A DNA stretch of 64,000 bases from assembly GCF_006345805.1 (NCBI RefSeq), contig NC_042999.1, positions 118,110,001 to 118,174,000 of the forward strand, written 5' to 3'. Made by a program: the position numbers and the translations under genes. Positions 55,392 to 64,000 of the stretch are shown piece after piece; within the stretch, counting starts at the first letter, position 1; the number at the start of each line of letters is the position of its first letter. The DNA comes from Octopus sinensis. Lineage: Eukaryota. The notes under the pieces are model-generated. The model saw only the letters and a program-made list of their open reading frames with translations. It did no database searches and had not been told where the DNA came from.

Positions 55392-56410
55392 TCCTAAATA
55401 TATGGCGAAGACACCACTTTTGAATTAATTAATTACAAACTTTATATAATTTTATAAATAATAATATATATTTCTATTAGAACAGCTTTAGAGGACAAAC
55501 AAATTATGAACTGTATGTGAAAATTATGCTCTTCTGTTTTTTTATTCAAAATAATAATTGCAATGCTACAAAGCTATCACAAGGGAGCAAACAAATGCTA
55601 TCTTTTCAAATCTACATTGCTTTTCATATTAAAACAATTGATTTTCGTCTTTATTCACAATGAAAAGAAATCTCATTTGTATTATAATCTCAGGCATCTT
55701 TGCACCTAAATAAGTTTGAAGTATTATCTTGCTTTGACATTTGCTGTAAAAGTTCATAAGATTTTAAAATATTTGTTAAAGATTGCAATGAAGCCAAGTT
55801 ATTAGTTAATAACTGTGTGCACACATGAAATAAAAGCAGGAACTTAAACAAATGAACACTATCCTCAACTGACTTTCACTTAAAGATTTTAAAAGAGATT
55901 GGAAAGGACACAAAGTGAGTTGTCTTCATACATTAAATGACTTCTGTGGGAATCAAATAATATGTAAAATATTTCAATCAAAAATTTAATTTGTTTTATA
56001 AGAAATTTCACTAAAAACTTTTTATCTCATGATAAAGGATTTTTATCTAACGAATTTATTCAGACTTCAGTATTACCATTCATTTTCCCATGCCTCTTTT
56101 AGGAAGGGTATTTTATGTGCCAAAGCTATTAAAGTTAGAGACAGATGATTTTCTTAATGCTAACCATTTATTTTTCCCTTTTACTGTGTTTAGTTGGAGA
56201 AACAGGAGCAAAAAACGCTTGTAGTAAGGTTTGAAGTTATATGGCCTCATAAGCTAATTCATCTATAGAGTATTTGTTCTGTTTCTATTTTAATTCTTTG
56301 AAATCAAGTGCAAAAGACAAAGTACTATAATAAGAAATTAAATTGAACAATAACATCAACAACTGTATCAGATTGCATGTTAATTTTCTAAAAATGTCTT
56401 GCATATACAC

Positions 56411-56806
56411 TTTTACTCTTTTACTTGTTTCAGTCATTTGACTGCGGCCATGCTGGAGTACCACCTTTAGTCGAGCAAATCGATCCCGGGACTTATTCTT
56501 TGTAAGCCCAGTATTCTATCGGTCTCTTTTGCCGAACCGCTAAGTGACGGGGACGTAAACACACCAGCATTGGTTGTCAAGCAATGGTAGGGGGACAAAC
56601 ACAGACACACAAACACACATACATATATATATATACATATATACGACAGACTTCTTTCAGTTTCCATCTACCAAATCCACTCACAAGGCATTGGTCGGCC
56701 CGGGGCTATAGCAGAAGACACTTGCCCAAGATGCCACACAGTGGGACTGAACCCAGAACCATGTGGCTGGTTAGCAAGCTACTTACCACACAGCCACTCC
56801 TGCACC
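56411..56806 (-). mobile_element. SINE family A, full length
   Basis: Reverse complement of the 47100-47488 arrangement. Confidence 0.88.
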
Positions 56807-56849
56807 TTTTTACGTTCCAATTATAGAATGAATTTTTAGAATGTGGCTG

Positions 56850-57209
56850 AGTTCCTTTTGAGTGTTGGGATTCACAGAGGCAATGACCAAGACCTTTGAT
56901 ATTATGTCATGCTTGAGACGAAGACCCATCAAGCAGAGCAAAATCAGTCATGGCAGATACTGGTGTCATGCAAATTGGCACCCATGCCGGTTGAATGTAA
57001 ATGCACCCTGGTGTTACACAAATGGCATGTAAAAGGACCCATTGCACTCTCAGAGTGGTTGGTGTTAGGAAGGGAATCCAGCCAAAGAAAACCATGCCGA
57101 ATCAGACTGGAGTCAGGTGCAGCCTTCCAGCCTGCCAGCCCAGTCAATCTGTCCAACCCATGCCAGCATGAACAATGGACGTTAAATGATGATAATGATG
57201 ATGATGATG
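56850..57209 (+). mobile_element. RTE-LINE 3' fragment (ORF C-terminus plus UTR)
   Basis: LGFTEAMTK...KTHQAE resembles LGLTEEMTR...KTRQDK at 62.7 kb; ends in (GAT)n. Confidence 0.78.
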
Positions 57210-58490
57210 TCATGTAATCGTTTTTTGATGCATTTTTTTTCTCAAGATTAATACTTACACACTCAGAAATGCAATCATGTACGCCGTTGATTAGCAGAAC
57301 TGATATATTGATATAATCTAGATAGAAAATTTGAAGGTTTTGAAATATTGTTCTTAAATTTTATTTTCCTTCCTGTTTTTGAACGAAATATTCTCAGCTC
57401 CTGAACAAATGGAATCTAATGTCTCTGTATGGTTGTTGTTATCTATCCCAAGCAATGATTACACACATATCACTAACTATAACTCGTTTCTTTAATTCTT
57501 TAGTTTGTTTTAGCTATTATGAGTAAGGCTATGCCGGGACGTTAGCTTTGTTTGTAAATACCTGTATATAATTTCAGAAATTCATTTGTTTCAGGAATAT
57601 TTTATTATTGAGAATTTTCTGTATTTGAAGTTATCCTATAAAATTTTGCAATGAACTTTAATAAAATTTGGAAGAAATTAAATTAATTTACTATGTAATA
57701 ATACCAATGGTAATGCTATGGATGAGGAGGGTGAAGGTGGTAGCGGGCATATGTAATGCATATTGAGAGCTTATATCATAATGGAATTAATGTCTTTAAA
57801 GTCTGCAATATGAACTTGAAGGGGAAACAATTATATTTCAGCTGTAAATTTTAAATAAAGGAAATATTATTAGCATAATCTCACATCAAAAGGAATGGAA
57901 GATAGATAAGAATGAACTGAGATGGGAAAAGAATTAGGATGAAATAAGAATATACAAATAAGTAATTGAAATATATGAATGAAATATATAAAGAATATGA
58001 AACAATAGTTAGTGCTAAATCTATTATGAAGAATACAAAAAGAAATGAAGAAATTAATGATAGAATCAATGCTAAATATATTATTGTTGTTCTCTATTGT
58101 TTCATATGAATTTCCGTTTAAATGATTATTGTAAATTAATATAGTGTTCTGTTTCATTTCTATTGCAATATACATAACTATTGTTTCACTCATGGATGCT
58201 TTGATGATGAATATCAAGGAATTATTTTTATCATTTTAAAACTGTTCACAAAATAAAATATAAAATTTTCTTTATAACTTAAAAGAAGTTAGAAATGCAA
58301 TGTGAATTTCTAAAAAAAGAATTTCTAAACATACAAATCAAAATCTAACAAAAGTAATTCCAAATTCTTTGCTGCTCTGTAGGAAAATTACCTAAGACTG
58401 ATTTAAAAAATTTTTTTAGAAATTTCCATAGTTTGAAAGGAAGATGTCTACCATTAAATTGGCTGTCTTTATCCTTGATGCTTTAATAAC

Positions 58491-58549
<59 letters not shown>

Positions 58550-58565
58550 TAATAATAATAATAAT

Positions 58566-58660
58566 GGCCTACCAATGTATACAGTGTGTTTCTCTACCCT
58601 AGGTATCAGGAAGATACTTGGCAAGAAATGGAAACAGAATTAAAAGATGATAATGAAAAT
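58566..58660 (+). mobile_element. Very short R4/Dong-type 3' UTR remnant between TAA tracts
   Basis: ccctaGGTATC-aggaa-GATACT-tggcaag...attaaaag parallels the 3' end of Dong copy 3. Confidence 0.5.
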
Positions 58661-58730
58661 AATAATAAAGATGATAACCCCAGTGTCACTTTGATGGCAT
58701 GAACTGCTCTCTCACTCAATAATAATAATA

Positions 58731-58765
<35 letters not shown>

Positions 58766-58794
58766 GATGATGATGATGATGATGATGATGATGA

Positions 58795-58985
58795 TAATCT
58801 TTTTCTATTATAGGTACAAGGCCTGAAATTTTGAGAGAGAGGGTTAGTCAATGACAATTACCCAGGTTATCAACTAGTACTTATTTTAACCATGAAAGGC
58901 AAAAATAGATCTTGACAGAATTTGAACTCTGATCATAAGGAGTAGGAAGAAATGCCATCTTGTCTGACATGCTAATAATTCTGCT
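58795..58985 (-). mobile_element. SINE family B, CpG-decayed, with ATT/GAT tail at 58720-58795
   Basis: Family B blocks. Confidence 0.7.
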
Positions 58986-60589
58986 ATCTAATTTGTAGCA
59001 GCAGCAGTGGTGGTGGTGGTGGTGGTGGTGGTGGTGGTGGTGGCGACGGTTGTGGCAGTGGTGGTGGAGATGGCGGTGGCAGTAGTAGTAGTTGTAGTAG
59101 TGGAGGAAATAACTTGGACAATTAATTGAATATGTGGTATAATATGTTGATTATTATTCGGCTTTAACATACTTTAGTCTCAAGGAGATTGGTAGCTTAG
59201 TTGATCTGGAAATAAATGGTACTGCTATTGTCAAAAAAAAAAAAAAAATGAAACCCAACCTATTTCCATATTTAGATAATATAAATCGACAAGTTGTGAA
59301 GTGAATGTTATATCAATCTGTCTCTGACAGGTTATTGTGTTTGCTAATCATGTATTGCAGGCATTAAACACAATTATTTCACTTTTATAGATAACAGGCT
59401 TTTTGGTTTATTGATAATGAAGATGTTATTCCAGAAATGAAGTTTCACTAGAGTATATGATGAATATTCATGGAATAAATTAGTCTTAGACACCATACAC
59501 TTAGCAAAAATCAATTTATTTAGTAAATTATTCTCAGAATATTTCTATTTTCTGATGCAAACCAGCATAAATTCCTATGCATTTCATTGGAAATTCTCTT
59601 TTCATATTTGTATTTGTTTTGTGTGGTCCTTGATATAAAATAGTGTGTCAAAACAGATGTCACTGCACCTTGTGAGGTTGATTTTGCCTATAAGAAACAA
59701 GCTCAGTGCTTGTATTTCTTTTTTGGCAAAATTACCCTTCGAAGATACAAACATATTCTCCTTCCCAAATTTCAGCAAGTACAAAGAATTTTATGATTTG
59801 CTGAGAAGGTCTAATAAGACCAAACATGTGTGGAGTTATCTTCCATACCAATATTGTTTTTCTTCACAGCATAATTATCTCTGATTTAAAATTTTTTTAA
59901 TGTCATTTGCATTAAATATATTTGCACTAACTTGTTTAGCTATTATCTAATAACTGATTTGTGAGGTGAGACATGAAGAGGGTGACAAAAGAAAAACACT
60001 CAAATGCATCAAGAAAGTTTTGATAAAATTGCATCTGTTACATAGAATTGTTTTGGTGTCAGTAAAATTCCTACAAATTCAAAACAAATTATTCTCATTA
60101 ACTGCTCTTTTGCAATAGTATCCATTTTTTTATCAAGAAATGACCTCTCACAGATTTTAACTATACAAATATAACTATAACATAATATAGGCAAAATATA
60201 TAACAAAATGTAAATGAGGCAATTTTTAATGTTTATAATAAATTAAAGTTATCTAAATCTTTAATTCATAAAGTAGACTTTCATACTTCTCAATTTCATT
60301 ATTCAAAAGTCTCTTCTGAGTGTCACATTAAGTTGACCTCATTGAATGTATTTATTGGTGCCAGTTTTAATATAAAAAATACAAGTGAAGACAAATTTTT
60401 AATTGAGTTGTATGACTGCCATTAAAGTAAAATATTTACAAACGTCTGTTGAGTGATTTAACGATCATTAGCCATCCCTACATTTTTTCTTGATTTGTTA
60501 GATACAACAGCTTTCTTGTCATGTATATTGAAATTTATTTTGCTTCAAACATTTTAAACATATACCTCTCATAAATTCCCACATATTAT

Positions 60590-60702
60590 ATTTTATTTTT
60601 GTTGTTTTCCAGGTAAGTTGATAACTCTTGCAGTGAAACTCAAATACTCAAATTATATCAATATAGATGAATGTGAGCTTTTGATTTGAATTTGAGGTAA
60701 GA
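60590..60702 (+). other. Candidate recursive splice site (AG|GTAAGT) with an 84-nt cryptic exon
   Basis: ttttatttttgttgttttccAG|GTAAGT at 60611-60618 and GAG|GTAAGA at 60697. Confidence 0.4.
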
Positions 60703-61046
60703 TACTTTTATTAGCAATTTTGTAAAATATACTACATTTTGAAGAGCAGAAGAGTTGTCTATAAATGCTTATCAATATAGGATTTCATTATAGGGACAAC
60801 ACATCTGTGAAACGATTGTAAGATGTTTTAAATACTTAATTCAAAACTTCTAAACTGTCATATACATTATATATTTATCCTTATACATATTTAAAAATAT
60901 TTTTTATACATATTTATATATTTTTAATACAGCAATTATTTTTCACACATATATATCTTTCTGATGAGTTTCCTGATATTGATTTCCCAATATTAATAAT
61001 AATAATATATTATTGATATATATATATATACTACATCTTATAAATA

Positions 61047-61259
61047 CGAGGGAATGCTGCAAAATTCCTGGCTTTAAGAATATTACAGAAGGCTTGATTG
61101 GAGACACATCATTCCACATTCTTTTACAGAGCTTAGAAAAACTGAAGGACTGCTGCAATAAGTGTGTAAATCTGAGAGGGGAATATGTTAATTGAAATCA
61201 TAGTTATCTGTTCTTGTATTTTCTTTTACCCAAAGCCAGGAACTTTTCACTACCCCTCA
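61047..61259 (+). mobile_element. Mariner-derived MITE (213 bp) with TA target duplication
   Basis: TIRs cgagggaatgctgcaaaattcctggcttt / aaagccaggaacttttcactacccctca; internal LEKLKDCCNKCVNLRGEYV resembles a transposase C-terminus. Confidence 0.82.
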
Positions 61260-61299
<40 letters not shown>

Positions 61300-62234
61300 G
61301 TACAGAGAAATGTAAAAAAATAATATTAATTTTCGTGAAGAAATGGAAAACTAAATTTTAGATATAGAATTATTTTGGTAATGTTTTATTTGAAATCAAA
61401 ATGTAAATAGAAAACATTTATTATTTACTTAAATTGTTTTTGTGAATATTTTGCTTAATTATAGTTAACATATCTATGTTCCATCTAACATCAATAAAAA
61501 TGTACCAATATCTTGGTCAAGTTACTTCAATTTCACAATGTATTTAGTCAAAAGGGTTTCATGTGGTCATGTTTGGACAGATGCTACACAATAGTAAAAA
61601 ATTCTTGGTGACCTAAGTCTGTGACTGAGCTAATGTATTAATATGAAAGCATTACCCATTTCTTATATTACTTATGTTTTCAGGCACAGGTGTGTCTGTG
61701 TGGTTAAGAAACATGCTTCCCAACCATGTGGTCTGGGCAAGTGTTTTCTACTATAGCACCAGTCTTAGATTTGGTTTATGGAAATTGAAAGAAACCCATT
61801 GTGTATATTTGTGTGCATGTGTGTATGTTAGTGTGCATGCATGTGTGTGTGCATGTGTATGTTTGTGTCTATGGAGCTGTCAATATTGAGATGGACTGGC
61901 AGTTGGGTTAGGATGTCTTGTACCCTTGTTGCTGTGTCCTCATCCAATATAGCTTAACAAAGTTACATATAAAATCTACAACTTTATCTCTTATATTTTA
62001 TCCTTTACCTGTTTCTGTCAATGGATAGCAACAATGCTGGAACACTGCCTCATAGGGTTTGATCAAATAAATCACCCCCAGTACTTTTATCAACAAGTTT
62101 CTAATATATACTGTGCTTTAGGCTTGGTACTTATTCTATTGGTCTCTTTTGCTGAGCAACTAACTTACAGTATCATAAGAAAATCCAACACAGGTTGTCA
62201 AGTGGTCAGTTGGGGCAACAAACATATATATATA

Positions 62235-64000
62235 TCATCATCATCGTTTAGTATCTGCTTTCCATGCTAGCATGGGTTGGACGGTTCAACTGGGGTCTGG
62301 GAAGCCAGAAGGCTGCACCAGGCCCAGTCTGATCTGGCAATGTTTCTACGGCTGGATGCCCTTCCTAACGCCAACCACTCCGTGAGTGTAGTGGGTGCTT
62401 TTTACGTGCCACCGGCACAGGTGCCAGATGAGGCTGGCAAACGGCCACGATCGGATGGTGCTTTTACGTGCCACCAGCATGGGGTCCAGGCGAGGCGGCA
62501 CTGGCAACAGCCACATTTGGATGGTTCTCTTACGTGCCACCGGCACTGGTATCACAGCTGCAATGTCCATTGATGTTGATCAATTTCGATTCTCACTTGC
62601 CTCAACAGGTCTTCACAAGTAGAGTTTTGTGTCCCAAGAAGGAAAGGTATGCATAAGTGGACTGGCTACATCCCGTGTAGAGGCCACGGGTTATGGTCTC
62701 ACTTGTCCTGCCGGGTCTTCTCATGCACAGCATACTTCCAAATGTCTCGGTCTCTAGTCATTTCCTCAGTGAGACCTAAAGTTCGAAGGTCGTGCTTCAC
62801 CACCTCGTCCCAGGTTTTCCTGGGTCTGCCTCTTCCACAGGTTCCCTCAACCGCTAGGGTGTGGCACTTTTTCACACAACTATCTTCATCCATTCTCACC
62901 ACATGACCATACCAGTGCAATCGTCTCTCTTGCACACCACAACTGATGCTTCTTAGGTCCAGCTTTTCTCTCAAAATACTTACACTCTGTCGAGTATGAA
63001 CACTGACATAACACATCCATCAGAGCATACTGGCTTCATTTCTTGCAAGCTTACGCATATCCTCAGCAGTCACGGCCCATGTTTCACTGCCATGTAGCAT
63101 GGCTGTTCGTACACACGCGTCATACAGTCTGCCTTTTACTCTGAGTGAGAGGCCTTTTGTCACCAGCAGAGGTAAGAGCTCTCTGAACTTTGCCCAAGCT
63201 ATTCTTACTCTAGCAGTTACACTTTCAGCACACCCGCCCCCGCTACTGACTTGGTCACCTAGGTAACGGAAGCTATCAACTATTCCTAGTTTTTCTCCCT
63301 GGAATGTGGCAGAAGTTGGTCTCAGAGCATTTTCGGTGTTTATTGCTCCTGAGCATCTGCCACATACAAAAACTATCTTCCTAGTTAGCCTTCCTTTGAC
63401 ATTGCTGCACCTCTTATGTGTCCATAGCTTACACTTGATGCATCTTATAGAGTTTCTACCTACACCTTTTCTACAGATTGAGCAGGGCCATCTACCTGAA
63501 GGCGTTTGTGATTTGTCTACCTTCCTACTTATTAGGACTTTGGTTTTAGCTAGATTGACTCTAAGGCCCTTCGATTCTAATCCTTGCTTCCACACCTGAA
63601 ACTTCTCCTCCAGTTCTGATAGTGACTCAGCAATTAGAGCAAGGTCATCAGCATAGAGGAGCTCCCTGGTGCATCCTGTCTTGAATTCCTCCATTATTGC
63701 CTGGAGGACTATGATAAATAGGAGGGGGCTGAGGACTGAGCCTTGGTGGACCCCTACCTCTACCCGGAATTCTTCACTGTACTCGTTGCCAACCCTCACC
63801 TTACTAGCAGCGTCCCAGTACATGGCTCGCACAGCTCTCACTAACCATTCATCAATCCCTAGTTTCCTCATTGACTACCAGATAAGGGATCAGGGGACCC
63901 TGTCGAAGGCTTTTTCCATGTCAACAAAAGCCAGGTACAGAGGCTTATCTTTGGCTAGGTATTTCTCCTGCAGCTGCCTTACCAGGAATATAGCAACAGT
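62235..64000 (-). mobile_element. RTE-clade LINE, 3' 1.8 kb (runs off the window); RT with nonsense mutations and a PHD-like insert
   Basis: AFVDMEKAFDRVP, GVHQGSVLSPLLF, LLYADDLALIA, FRYLG, MLHGSETW, RLHWYGHV; (TGA)n tail. Confidence 0.92.

Noticed and set aside
59600-59884. Stretch open in several frames with protein-like composition
   Set aside because: No recognisable homology and no consistent acceptor/donor pair, so it cannot be called an exon.

Overview
This is AT-rich, microsatellite-dense eukaryotic DNA. The SINE, LINE and microsatellite landscape looks like an octopus/cephalopod genome; that is an inference from pattern recognition, not a database search. No host protein-coding exon can be supported, and every recognisable ORF belongs to a broken transposon. 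LINEs: three R4/Dong-clade RT+RLE copies plus a short 3' remnant, all inside (TAA)n tracts; one Tx1/L1-clade copy; one CR1 fragment; one RTE-clade copy with a PHD-like finger inside its RT. Other elements: a decayed Ty3/gypsy, three mariner pieces, a maT(DD37D)-like remnant, two non-autonomous Helitrons and many SINEs of two families. The most interesting signal is a set of short fold-back repeats from four unrelated families, each carrying a minimal type-I hammerhead ribozyme motif with a self-complementary stem III (Penelope/retrozyme-like). One of them has a tRNA-derived (Pol III) head and is arranged as an inverted dimer split by a Dong LINE. Secondary signals are a sharp CpG-depletion boundary near 38.7 kb, a candidate recursive splice site at 60611-60618, near-homologous 5' ends in two divergent Dong copies, a covarying hairpin in Dong 3' UTRs, and a possible Tx1-SINE tail partnership. 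Coordinates were read by eye, so repeat boundaries are approximate.
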